A stretch of 64,000 bases of DNA, from positions 2,416-66,415 of the forward strand of contig JAMOVG010000027.1 of assembly GCA_027061725.1 (NCBI GenBank), in the 5' to 3' direction. The notes under the pieces were generated by a model that saw only the letters and a list, made by a program, of their open reading frames with translations, searched no databases and was not told the DNA's origin. Of the stretch, positions 1-8,741 are shown piece after piece (positions within the stretch are counted from its first letter, which is position 1; each line of letters begins with the position of its first letter). Both the position numbers and the translations under genes were made by a program. The DNA is from Desulfobacteraceae bacterium (GTDB lineage: Bacteria; Desulfobacterota; Desulfobacteria; Desulfobacterales; JALSRD01).

Positions 1-2
1 CC

Positions 3-215
3 TTCGATTCCGTGCCCCGGAAAGTTTTTATCGGCCACCGGTGGTATTTCCGTGACCGGCTCATCACCACCATGGAACGGGTGCTCAAACCGCCCAACTG
101 GTCCACGGTCAGCTCTATCCAGCTGCGGGAAGCCGACAAGGGCCCCTGGCGGGTCGAAATCATCGATCCGTCGGGCCGGATCATGCGCGTGCTGCGGTTC
201 AGCATAACGGACTAA
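3..215 (+). CDS. 3' end of a hypothetical protein that begins upstream of the window
   Basis: The frame is open from base 3 to TAA at 213-215 and the track ORF 12..215 is its tail. I recognised no motif. Confidence 0.3.
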   Translation, partial: FDSVPRKVFIGHRWYFRDRLITTMERVLKPPNWSTVSSIQLREADKGPWRVEIIDPSGRIMRVLRFSITD

Positions 216-222
216 CCCATTC

Positions 223-1728
223 ATGTATACGCCGTTCTCCATTATCAACAGCCTTCAGTGGCAGGATATCGTCGACATCGTCTTCAACAGCTATATCCTG
301 TTCCGGCTGTATATCCTGTTCCGCAAGACCGCCGTGCTGCGGGTCCTGATCGGCATCGCCCTGCTGTGGCTGCTGCAGCGCATCGCCGTCTCCATGGGCA
401 TGATCCTGACCAGTTGGGCCCTCCAGGGCATCACGGCCGCCACGGCCCTGCTGATCATCATCGTTTTCCGTAACGAAATCCGGGCGGTGTTGCAGGCCAA
501 GAACCTCAAGACCATCCTGTGGGACATCTCACCGCCCATGCGCACGGCGCCGGTGGATATCATCGTGGAAAGCGTCTACGAACTCAGTCGGCTGCAGCGT
601 GGCGCCCTGATCGTCATCCCCGGCATGGACGACCTGGAGGAAACCGTGATGAACGGAATCCCCTGGCAGGGGATTATCTCCAAGGAGATGCTGCTGAGCA
701 TCTTCTGGCCGGAAAACCCGGTCCACGATGGCGCCGCCATTGTCGGCGGCCGGCGCATCGAGCGGGTGGCCGGCATCCTGCCCCTGTCCAAGCGCCAGGA
801 TCTGCCCTCCTATTTCGGAACCCGCCACCGGGCCGCCCTGGGACTGTCGGAGGTCACCGATGCCCTCATCATCACGGTCTCGGAGGAGAGCGGCAAGGTT
901 ATGGTCGCCCGCAAGGGACGCATGATTCCCATCGAAGACAACCTCCAGCTGACCCGCATGCTCCACGAGCAGTTGGGCGACACCGAGGAGACCCCCGACG
1001 AACGCCGCCGGGAGCGCATGCGCCTGATCGCCGCCGGCATGGCTTCGACCCTGTTCGTGATCAGCATCTGGTTTTCGTTCACGCGCGGCCTTTCAACGCT
1101 CATCACCCTGGACGCGCCGGTGGAGTTCATGAACCCGGCGCCGGGGGTCGAGATCTACAACCTCTCGGCCAAGAAGGTGACCCTCAGCCTGAGCGGATCC
1201 AGCACCCTTATCAAATCCATCGACCCCGAGCGATTGCGCGTGCGTATCAACCTGCAGGGCGTTCCGTTGGGACACAATACCTTTCACGTGTCACGGGACA
1301 ACATCGCCCTGCCGCCGGGCGTCCTTCTCAAACGGGTTTCGCCGGCCACGGTGGAGGCCACCCTGGACGTTCCGGTCAAAAAGCGCCTGCCGATCCAGGT
1401 GGACTGGAGCGGCAGGCTGCCGCCCGGTATACAGCTGGTGCAGGCGCGTGTCACCCCCGCTACGGCAATGGTGATTGGGCGCCGCCAGGACGTGGCCGGG
1501 ATTTCCACCATTTACACCCAGAAGGTCCCCCTGGACCACCTGCGCGCCTCGGGCAGCGTGAAGGCCAAGCTGGCGTCACCCGCGAATTCACCGGACATCT
1601 CACTGGAACCGCGCAGGGAGGTCGTCATCCACTACAAACTCGTCCCGCGCGGCGGGGAGGCGGACAAGCCAGACCGGGCAGCACCGGCCGGCAAGAACGC
1701 CCCATCGCCCGACGGCGGGAAGATGTGA
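223..1728 (+). CDS. cdaA: Diadenylate cyclase CdaA fused to YbbR (CdaR)-like repeat domains
   Basis: The N-terminal half has 3 hydrophobic helices and DAC-domain motifs (HDGAAIV, GTRHRAALGLSE, IITVSEESGKV). A further TM helix (IAAGMASTLFVISIWFSF) is followed by YbbR-like beta-repeat sequence (VEFMNPAPGVEI, VTLSLSGS, VRINLQG, VEATLDVP). Confidence 0.85.
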   Translation: MYTPFSIINSLQWQDIVDIVFNSYILFRLYILFRKTAVLRVLIGIALLWLLQRIAVSMGMILTSWALQGITAATALLIIIVFRNEIRAVLQAKNLKTILWDISPPMRTAPVDIIVESVYELSRLQRGALIVIPGMDDLEETVMNGIPWQGIISKEMLLSIFWPENPVHDGAAIVGGRRIERVAGILPLSKRQDLPSYFGTRHRAALGLSEVTDALIITVSEESGKVMVARKGRMIPIEDNLQLTRMLHEQLGDTEETPDERRRERMRLIAAGMASTLFVISIWFSFTRGLSTLITLDAPVEFMNPAPGVEIYNLSAKKVTLSLSGSSTLIKSIDPERLRVRINLQGVPLGHNTFHVSRDNIALPPGVLLKRVSPATVEATLDVPVKKRLPIQVDWSGRLPPGIQLVQARVTPATAMVIGRRQDVAGISTIYTQKVPLDHLRASGSVKAKLASPANSPDISLEPRREVVIHYKLVPRGGEADKPDRAAPAGKNAPSPDGGKM

Positions 1729-1779
1729 TTCAGCGGCACGAAGCCGCGTTGGTCATCAAACCATACAACGGTTAGCGAC

Positions 1780-2439
1780 ATGAAGTGGAAACAGGAACAC
1801 GCCACCTCCTCGGCCGTGGAGCACCAGGGTCCCGTATTCAGCCCCGTGTCCGCCGCCGGGGAACCGGATCAAACGGGGGCGCCCGCCAGGGACGGCCGCG
1901 GCCCGGGTGTCTGGCTGACGCTCTTCCTGAGCGGCCTGGCCCTGGCGGTGGTCATCTTCCTCGTGCTCACGCTGACGCGCAGCCGGGAAGAGGCCGTAGA
2001 CCTGCCCCGCATCGAACGGCTGGAGACGCGCCTGGAAGAGATCCGGGAGGACATCACGCGCATCGATGCGACGCTGGACAAGTTCGCCGGGATAGAGACC
2101 CAGGTCGCCGACCTGGACCGCTCCCAGGCCGACACGCGCGACCGCCTGGCGCGCCTGGCGGCCGAAACCGCGCGCATCCGCAAGAGCAGCGCCGCGCTTC
2201 GACAGCAACTGCGCACCATCGCCGGGGCCGCAGCGCCAAAACCGGCGAAACAGGCCCGATCGGCGAAGGCCGCGGTCAAATCACCCAAAACGATTTACCA
2301 CCGGGTGCGGCGCGGGGACACGCTCTACGCCATTTCCCGACGGTACGGTACCAGCGTCAAGCGGCTGCAGCGGGACAACCACCTGGGCCCGAAGGACCGG
2401 CTGCACCCGGGGCAGGTGCTCCGGATCCGTGTTCCCTGA
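1780..2439 (+). CDS. Membrane-anchored coiled-coil protein with C-terminal LysM domain
   Basis: It has one TM helix (VWLTLFLSGLALAVVIFLVLTL). The C-terminus carries a LysM signature (YHRVRRGDTLYAISRRYGTSVKRLQRDNHL...GQVLRIRVP). Confidence 0.75.
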   Translation: MKWKQEHATSSAVEHQGPVFSPVSAAGEPDQTGAPARDGRGPGVWLTLFLSGLALAVVIFLVLTLTRSREEAVDLPRIERLETRLEEIREDITRIDATLDKFAGIETQVADLDRSQADTRDRLARLAAETARIRKSSAALRQQLRTIAGAAAPKPAKQARSAKAAVKSPKTIYHRVRRGDTLYAISRRYGTSVKRLQRDNHLGPKDRLHPGQVLRIRVP

Positions 2440-2478
2440 TGGCACCGGCGCCACGGCAAACAGCAGGATTTTACGCAA

Positions 2479-3477
2479 ATGAAACGAATCGTCACCATCG
2501 GCGGCGGCAGCGGGCAGTACAGCCTGCTGAGGGGGCTGCGCGAAATCGATGGCATCGACATCACGGCCGTGGTGTCCATGGTGGACAGCGGCGGCAGCAC
2601 CGGGCGGCTGCGTGACGAACTGGGGGTCCTGCCGCCCGGCGATCCGCTCAAGTGCATCCTGGCGCTCTCGCCGCACCAGGACATCGTGCGCACCATCTTT
2701 CTCAAGCGTTTTGAAAAGGACCGCCGGCTCCGGGGTCACAACGCCGGCAACATGCTGCTGACCATGCTGTCGCGGTTTACCGGCAGCTTCCCCGCCGGCG
2801 TGCAGGCGCTGTGCGAAATCCTGGACGTCAGGGGCACCGTGCTGCCGGTGACCGTGGACAAGGCCACCCTGGTGGCCGAACTGACCGACGGCAGCCGCAT
2901 CTACGGCGAGCGCGCCATCGACACGCCCCGCGGCACCCAGCGCGAGAAGATCCGCGATGTCTGGCTGGTGCCTCACCACAGCGACCGCATCACGGTCTAC
3001 CCCCCGGTGATCGACGCCATTTCCCGGGCCGACTGCATCATCACCGGCCCCGGGGACCTGTTCACCAGCATCCTGCCCAATTTCCTGGTCTCCGGGGTCA
3101 CCGAGGCGCTGCGAACCTGCCGCGCGCCGCTGCTGTATATCCTCAACATCATGACCAAGTACGGTGAAACGCACCGCTACAGGGGCCGCGATTTTGTAAC
3201 GCGACTGGAGAACGCCCTGGGTCGCGAAGTGGACGCCGTGATCTACAACACCCGCAAACCCGATGCCGAGATCCTGGAGCGCTACCGCCGTCAGAAGGCC
3301 GAGTTCGTGGCGATCGACACCGGCGACGGCTGGTGGCGGGAGCGGCGGGTGTACGCCGCCGACCTGCTGGATGTCACCGGCGGCATCGTGCGCCACGACA
3401 CCCGCAAGCTGGCCGCGCTGATCCGGCGCATCCTGTGGTCCGGCCAAGCGACGGCCGGCGAAAAAGGGCCGTCATGA
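2479..3477 (+). CDS. yvcK: YvcK/CofD-family (UPF0052) gluconeogenesis factor-like protein
   Basis: The N-terminus IVTIGGGSGQYSLLRGL...VVSMVDSGGSTGRLRDELGVLPPGD is characteristic of this family. Confidence 0.85.
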   Translation: MKRIVTIGGGSGQYSLLRGLREIDGIDITAVVSMVDSGGSTGRLRDELGVLPPGDPLKCILALSPHQDIVRTIFLKRFEKDRRLRGHNAGNMLLTMLSRFTGSFPAGVQALCEILDVRGTVLPVTVDKATLVAELTDGSRIYGERAIDTPRGTQREKIRDVWLVPHHSDRITVYPPVIDAISRADCIITGPGDLFTSILPNFLVSGVTEALRTCRAPLLYILNIMTKYGETHRYRGRDFVTRLENALGREVDAVIYNTRKPDAEILERYRRQKAEFVAIDTGDGWWRERRVYAADLLDVTGGIVRHDTRKLAALIRRILWSGQATAGEKGPS

Positions 3478-4733
3478 AACGCGACCGGCAGCTGCTGGAA
3501 ATGGCCGGCGGAAAAGCGTACTGCGGCCGGATTCTGCACGGGCCCTACAGCCGGGGGCTCCAGGAAATGATCGCCGGCTGCATCGCCCGTTTCGACGCCT
3601 TCGACCGGCTGGGGACCCCCGCCCTGCCCTATATCTGTGCCTGGAAGGAGGGCAGCGGCATCATCTGGTACGAATTCGTCAGCCGCCGGTTGGCCCGCCT
3701 GCTGGGCTGCCGGCGTGCCGAAGCGGCCGAGACCTTCCGGCGCCGCGTCCTGGACCGCCGCATCTACAGGCCCCCCGACCCGCACCTGCCCACCGGCGTC
3801 CGCCAGGAGATCATCAACCAACGGCAGCTGGAGGCCCACCGCCAGGGCCTGCGCCGGGAGGCCAGGCAGCAGGGCGGGGTCGAGGCGGTCTACAAGATCG
3901 ACCGCGGCGACGGCGAGTTCATCTGGCTCAAGGACCAGGCCCGCACCGAGGCTTTCCCCGGCGACGGCCTGTTCGTTTCCCTGGGTTCGCTGACCACGGT
4001 TTCGCGCGAGATGGAGCTGGAGGAAGAGTACCGCGTCACCCGCGACGCGCTGGAGCACAGCAATGCCACGCTCAACGAAATCCTCTCCGTTTCGCCGGTG
4101 GGCATCGGCATGCTCAGCCGCATGACGGTCAGCTGGGCCAACAGCTGCTGGTACGCCATGTTCGGCTTCGAGGCCGAGAAAGACCCGGCCCCCTCACTGG
4201 ACGTGCAGCGCCTGTTCGCCACGCCGGAGGAGTTCGAGCGCGTGCGGCGGAAGATCGACCGGGCCTTTGGGGAGGGCCGGCCGGCCGAACTGGACGCTTT
4301 CTTTCGCCGAAGGGACGGCCGCGTGTTTGCCGGCCATATTAAAATCTCCCCGCCGGACACCGCCCGGCCCGGACGGGGGCTGATCTTCACGGTCACCGAC
4401 GAAACCGAGCGGCGGCGAATGGAGGCCGAACGCACCCGCCGGGAAAAGCTGCAGGCCGTGCTGGAGATGGCCGGCGCCGTTTGCCACGAACTCAACCAGC
4501 CCATGACTGCCATCGCCGGTTACGGGGAGATCACCCTCATGAAGACCCCGCCGGACGACCCCAACTACGAGAAGGTGGCCAAGATCGTGGAGCAGATCCG
4601 GCGCATGGGTGAGATCACCAAGAAGCTCATGAAGGTCACACGCTACCGCACCCGCCACTACGTCGACGGAACCCGCATCATCGACATCGACGAGGCGGCT
4701 GCCGGCAGCGTGCCGGGAGAAGAGGAACCCTGA
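3474..4733 (+). CDS. PAS-domain protein with HisKA/DHp phosphoacceptor domain but no ATPase domain
   Basis: ATG at 3474 overlaps the yvcK stop (ATGA). It contains PAS-like regions, then the H-box AVCHELNQPMTAIAGYGEI. The protein ends about 75 aa later without N/G1/G2 boxes. Confidence 0.7.
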   Translation: MKRDRQLLEMAGGKAYCGRILHGPYSRGLQEMIAGCIARFDAFDRLGTPALPYICAWKEGSGIIWYEFVSRRLARLLGCRRAEAAETFRRRVLDRRIYRPPDPHLPTGVRQEIINQRQLEAHRQGLRREARQQGGVEAVYKIDRGDGEFIWLKDQARTEAFPGDGLFVSLGSLTTVSREMELEEEYRVTRDALEHSNATLNEILSVSPVGIGMLSRMTVSWANSCWYAMFGFEAEKDPAPSLDVQRLFATPEEFERVRRKIDRAFGEGRPAELDAFFRRRDGRVFAGHIKISPPDTARPGRGLIFTVTDETERRRMEAERTRREKLQAVLEMAGAVCHELNQPMTAIAGYGEITLMKTPPDDPNYEKVAKIVEQIRRMGEITKKLMKVTRYRTRHYVDGTRIIDIDEAAAGSVPGEEEP

Positions 4734-4745
4734 CGCGCGGACCCG

Positions 4746-5906
4746 TCAGATGTAGCGGTCAACCATTTCGGAAATGAATTTTTCCACCCCCTCGGCACCC
4801 TCGCGGGCCATGACCTCCTCCACCAGCGACTGGATCTTGCGGTAGGTGGCCGGGTCGTTTTGCAGGTCGTCGGTGGAGCGGTAAGTGCCGCCGCGGCGCC
4901 CGACCCGGTAGATCAGCCGATCGGTGTCCGGAAGCTCCTGGTAGCGGCGGATGACGTCCAGCATCTTCTGCTTGTCGTCGGGCAGCCTGCCCGAGACCTC
5001 CTCCAGCAGGTTCATGATGTGGTCGCTGGTCACCGTACTGGTGATGCCCTCCAGGCGGGAAATAAACACGCGGATCTCCTCGACCAGCATGTCATCGGTC
5101 TGCATGACAAAACTGCCGTCCTGCAGTTTTTCAAACAGCGGCACGCGCCGCGGCACCCGCAGGCTGCGCAGGCGGATGAAGTGGGGGTTGATGGCGTTGA
5201 GCACGCGGGCCGTCTCCTCGGCATGCTCCCGCCACATCTGCTGTCCACCCAGTCCGGGCATGACGTATTCCGACAGCTCCATGCCGGCGGCCAGCACCCG
5301 CCGGCCGGCGTCGATGTGCTGCTCGGCGCTGACGCCTTTTTTCATGAACTTGAGCAGCGGATCGTAGCCGGTTTCGAGGCCGATGTGGATGCGGTCCAGA
5401 CCGGCCTCACGGATGCGCGTGAGGGCCTCAACGCTCTTGCGGACCACGGTGCGCGACCGGGTGTAGGTGGTCACGCGGGTGATCTCGGGAAACTTGCTTC
5501 TCAGAAACGTCAGCACCTCCACCAGGTCGTCGGTCTTCATGATCAGGTTGTCGGCGTCCTGCAGGAAACAGGCGTTGGTCCCGTAGTAGGCCCAGGCGGC
5601 CACGTTGCGGAAGGCATCGGAGTAGCCCCGCGAACTGTAAATCTGCGATACCACCGCGTCGTTGATCTCGCCGCGGTATCCCAGTTTCCAGGACAAGGCC
5701 TTTATGTCGTCGTACATGTCCCGCGCCGTCTGGATGTCCTGCTTGATCTCCTCCACCGTGCGCAGCGAGAACTTGCGCCGCTTGTAGACGGGGCAGAACA
5801 GGCAGCGGTTCCACGGGCAGTTGCGGGTCACGCGCAGCAGCAGGCTGCGGGCCTCGTTAGGCGGCCGGATGGGGCCCTGTTCGAAAGAAACGGCCTTGTC
5901 GGTCAT
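4746..5906 (-). CDS. Radical SAM domain protein (noncanonical CX4CX2C cluster motif)
   Basis: The N-terminus reads RVTRNCPWNRCLFCPVY. It is followed by TIM-barrel-like rSAM sequence (FLQDADNL, HIGLETG). Confidence 0.8.
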   Translation of the reverse strand: MTDKAVSFEQGPIRPPNEARSLLLRVTRNCPWNRCLFCPVYKRRKFSLRTVEEIKQDIQTARDMYDDIKALSWKLGYRGEINDAVVSQIYSSRGYSDAFRNVAAWAYYGTNACFLQDADNLIMKTDDLVEVLTFLRSKFPEITRVTTYTRSRTVVRKSVEALTRIREAGLDRIHIGLETGYDPLLKFMKKGVSAEQHIDAGRRVLAAGMELSEYVMPGLGGQQMWREHAEETARVLNAINPHFIRLRSLRVPRRVPLFEKLQDGSFVMQTDDMLVEEIRVFISRLEGITSTVTSDHIMNLLEEVSGRLPDDKQKMLDVIRRYQELPDTDRLIYRVGRRGGTYRSTDDLQNDPATYRKIQSLVEEVMAREGAEGVEKFISEMVDRYI

Positions 5907-6009
5907 GGGTTGTATCTCCCTTCAGGTGTGCAGCGAACCAATCGGTCGCGTGCGGTCTGCGTGTCGTCACCGGCGAAAACCGGTAAAAGCGTGTCAGTCA
6001 AAAGATGAA

Positions 6010-7203
6010 TCAGCAAATGAAAATGTCAACCGGCACCTGGCTGAGCAGGCGTGCGCCGCTGTCGGTCACCGCAAAGACGCTCTCGACGCCCACGGCGAAT
6101 TCCCCGGGCTGCAGCATCTTGGGCTCCAGGGCGAAAACCATTCCGGGTTCCAGACGATCGCTGTGCCCCGCTGCGATGGCGGGCGGCTCGATCAGTTCCA
6201 GTCCCACGCCGTGGCCCACGAAACGCACACGGTAGTCCTCGGGCCCCAGGTAGATGTCCGCAAAGCCCAGCCGGCGCGCCTCGGCCAGTCCGATGTCAAA
6301 CAGCTGCCGGCACTCGACGCCGGGTTTCACCGCCGCGATGACGGCGTCGTGGACGGCGATGCAGGCCCGGCTGGCGGCCAGCGCCCCGGCCGGCATGCCG
6401 CCCAGGGCGAACATGCGCGTCTCGTCCATGTGGTACCCCGCCACCACGGTGGCCAGGTCGATCATGATGGGTTCGCCGGCCGCCAGCTTCGCGCTGCCCG
6501 CGCCGCAGGGAAAGGCCGCCGAGGTTCCCGTGCCGCTGGCCGGCGAGTCCAGCAGCCCCACCACGGCCCCCCGCGCACCGCTGAGGATGTGCCAGTTGTA
6601 GCCCTCGGTACGGAAACCCCGCACCCGCAGCCCGGCGGCGTGCCCCAGGCGGCGGGCGAAAGTCTCGTACATGCCGGCCAGTTCCATCTCGGCCAGCCCC
6701 GGCGCCAGCACCCGGCGGATGTAGTCGAAGGTCTGCCGGGAGACCGCGGCGGTTTTTTCCATTTGCGCGATCTCCCAGGACGACTTGACGCGGCGCACCG
6801 CAAAAACGAGCTCCGAGGCATCGGGCGCCTCATCAACCGCCAGCAGGCGGCGGTAAAACGAGAAGTCGCGCACCGGCAGCACGTCCAGTTCGAACCCCAC
6901 GCGACGCGGCAGGCGGCCCCGCCGGCGTTTGACCAGCCCCGGAACCTCCTTTACGGAACGGATTTCGATGACCGGCAGCGGACTCTCCGCAGCCGCCCGG
7001 GGCGGATAGCGCCGGATAAAAAGCAGCGGCTGGCCCTGTCGGGGAACCAGCAGGAAGCCGTCCTGGCAGGTGCCGCTGAAATACAACAGGTTTACGCGGT
7101 CCACGATGAACACGGCATCCATGGCCCGCCCTTCCATGCATCGCTGAAGGCGCCCGATACGCGCCTGGACCTCCCCGGCCGGGACGTACGATTCGTTTTT
7201 CAT
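6010..7203 (-). CDS. M24-family Xaa-Pro aminopeptidase/creatinase-like peptidase
   Basis: I trimmed the start to ATG at 7203 (MKNESYVPAG...). The creatinase-type N-domain is followed by the pita-bread fold (GYHMDETRMF, VGHGVGLELIEPP, FALEPK). Confidence 0.8.
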   Translation of the reverse strand: MKNESYVPAGEVQARIGRLQRCMEGRAMDAVFIVDRVNLLYFSGTCQDGFLLVPRQGQPLLFIRRYPPRAAAESPLPVIEIRSVKEVPGLVKRRRGRLPRRVGFELDVLPVRDFSFYRRLLAVDEAPDASELVFAVRRVKSSWEIAQMEKTAAVSRQTFDYIRRVLAPGLAEMELAGMYETFARRLGHAAGLRVRGFRTEGYNWHILSGARGAVVGLLDSPASGTGTSAAFPCGAGSAKLAAGEPIMIDLATVVAGYHMDETRMFALGGMPAGALAASRACIAVHDAVIAAVKPGVECRQLFDIGLAEARRLGFADIYLGPEDYRVRFVGHGVGLELIEPPAIAAGHSDRLEPGMVFALEPKMLQPGEFAVGVESVFAVTDSGARLLSQVPVDIFIC

Positions 7204-7339
7204 GAAATTCTCCGTGGAGTTGAAAATCTCATCCGGAAACGATAAGAGATAACACGGTCGTCGACACCGACCTGCAAACCCTGGAAAAACATTTCCCCGG
7301 GGGAGGCGTTTTTGAAAACCGAAACAGAAAAGGTACACC

Positions 7340-7654
7340 ATGGAAGACCGGCATACCATCCGCCAGAAAATCGTCGACCTCCTCGCGCAAGGGGATCGGG
7401 GCGCCCGGGAAATCTCCCAGGCCGTGGGCATCCCGGAAAAACAGGTCTACGACCACCTCGAACACATCGCCCGCAGCCTGAAAAAAACCGGTGCCAAGCT
7501 GGTGGTCAATCCTTTCAAATGCCGTTCCTGCGGCTACGTGTTCCGCGAGCGCAGCCGCTTTGATCCCCCCGGCCGATGCCCGGCCTGCCGAGGCACCTGG
7601 CTGGAAAAACCGACCTACGGAATCCGTGGCAGCGGCGTGAAAAAACCGGCCTGA
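7340..7654 (+). CDS. Small HTH + zinc-ribbon transcriptional regulator
   Basis: It has a winged-helix-like N-terminus (IVDLLAQGDRGAREISQAVGIPEKQVYDHLEHI). The C-terminus has a CxxC...CxxC ribbon (CRSCGYVF...CPACRG). Confidence 0.6.
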   Translation: MEDRHTIRQKIVDLLAQGDRGAREISQAVGIPEKQVYDHLEHIARSLKKTGAKLVVNPFKCRSCGYVFRERSRFDPPGRCPACRGTWLEKPTYGIRGSGVKKPA

Positions 7655-7664
7655 GACGGTCGCC

Positions 7665-8741
7665 TCATTCGTCCATCTCGCGCCGGACGAGGTCCATGAA
7701 CTTGTGGTTGGCCGCCGGGAAGGGGTAGTCGGCCATCTCCCCGGACCGGATCCAGCGAAAATCCACAGGACCGTCCAGCCGCACCCGGCCGCCTTTCCAG
7801 CGGCACAGGAACACGTCGGCCACGAGCTTGAAATGGCTGTAGGCGTGGCGTATGCGGGCCAAGTGTTTTTCCACCTGCACCGCCAGACCGACCTCCTCCC
7901 GGATCTCGCGTCGGCAGCCGTCTTCCAGGGTCTCGCCGGGCGCCAGCTTGCCGCCCGGAAACTCCCAGAGGCCGCCCAGCAGGCCCTCGTCCCGGCGCCG
8001 CGTGATCAGCAGCCGGTCGCCCTTGCGGACCACGCCGATGACCACTTGCACCGTGGGGGTTGCCGTCCGCCGCACACGCACCGGGTATTTTTTGACATCC
8101 CGAGGGTGGCTGGCGCAGTGGGATCGGACCGGGCAGCGCACGCAGTCGGGATCACGCAGATGGCACACCATGGCGCCCAGTTCCATTACGGCCTGGTTGA
8201 AAATCCCCGGGCGGCGGCGGTCCAGAAGCCGGTCGGCGGCCTGCTGGAAGACAGGCGCCGAGGCGGCCACGTTGACCGGCGCATCCAGGGCCAGGATCCG
8301 TGCCAGGATGCGCCGCACGTTGCCGTCCACCACCGCCAGGGGCCGGTCGTAGGCGATGCTCAGCACGGCCGCCGCGATATACGGTCCGACGCCCGGCAGG
8401 GCCCTCATTTCCTTGGAGGTGTCGGGCACCCGGCCGCCGTGCCGCCGGCACACGATTTGTGCCGCACGGTGCAGGTTGCGGGCACGCGCATAGTACCCCA
8501 GGCCCTCCCAGAGCTTGAGCACGGCCTGTAGGTCGGCGCCCGCCAGGTCGGCCACGGCGGCAAAGCGCGCCATGAAGCGCCGGTAATAGGGAATGACGGT
8601 GTCCACGCGGGTCTGCTGCAGCATGACCTCGGACACCCAGATGGCGTAAGGGTCCCGCGTGCGGCGCCAGGGCAGGTCACGGTGGTGGTCCGCGTACCAG
8701 TCCAGCAGATCGCTGCGAAAAGCGCTGCGGGCGAGGCTCAT
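7665..8741 (-). CDS. mutY: A/G-specific adenine DNA glycosylase MutY
   Basis: The start ATG at 8741 overlaps the upstream gene's TGA (ATGA). Motifs seen: [24 protein letters not shown], the HhH-GPD region [12 protein letters not shown], a 4-Cys cluster ([17 protein letters not shown]) and a NUDIX-like C-terminus (GLWEFPGGK...REIREEVG). Confidence 0.85.
   Translation of the reverse strand: MSLARSAFRSDLLDWYADHHRDLPWRRTRDPYAIWVSEVMLQQTRVDTVIPYYRRFMARFAAVADLAGADLQAVLKLWEGLGYYARARNLHRAAQIVCRRHGGRVPDTSKEMRALPGVGPYIAAAVLSIAYDRPLAVVDGNVRRILARILALDAPVNVAASAPVFQQAADRLLDRRRPGIFNQAVMELGAMVCHLRDPDCVRCPVRSHCASHPRDVKKYPVRVRRTATPTVQVVIGVVRKGDRLLITRRRDEGLLGGLWEFPGGKLAPGETLEDGCRREIREEVGLAVQVEKHLARIRHAYSHFKLVADVFLCRWKGGRVRLDGPVDFRWIRSGEMADYPFPAANHKFMDLVRREMDE

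Noticed and set aside
519-1775. A long alternative-frame ORF (418 aa) overlaps cdaA. Many similar ORFs occur elsewhere, for example 2281..3447(-), 8804..10615(+), 13174..14538(+), 27599..29392(-), 28816..30564(+), 31406..32344(-), 31801..33333(+), 38823..40196(+), 39913..40845(-), 52094..54004(-), 52231..54216(+) and 55268..57595(-).
   Set aside because: Their translations are Arg/Pro/Gly/Ala-rich low-complexity sequence with no motifs. Each fully overlaps a gene with clear family signatures. These are typical shadow ORFs of GC-rich DNA, where stop codons are rare off-frame.
2437-2481. The LysM gene and yvcK are in the same frame with no stop other than TGA between them. The same is true for 16400-16483 between the ABC ATPase and the SBP. 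This raised the possibility of Sec read-through.
   Set aside because: Both upstream proteins end at natural family C-termini, and both downstream proteins begin with natural N-termini (a GGGSG Rossmann-like start and a signal peptide) with their own RBS. No SECIS-like hairpin follows. The shared frame is coincidental.
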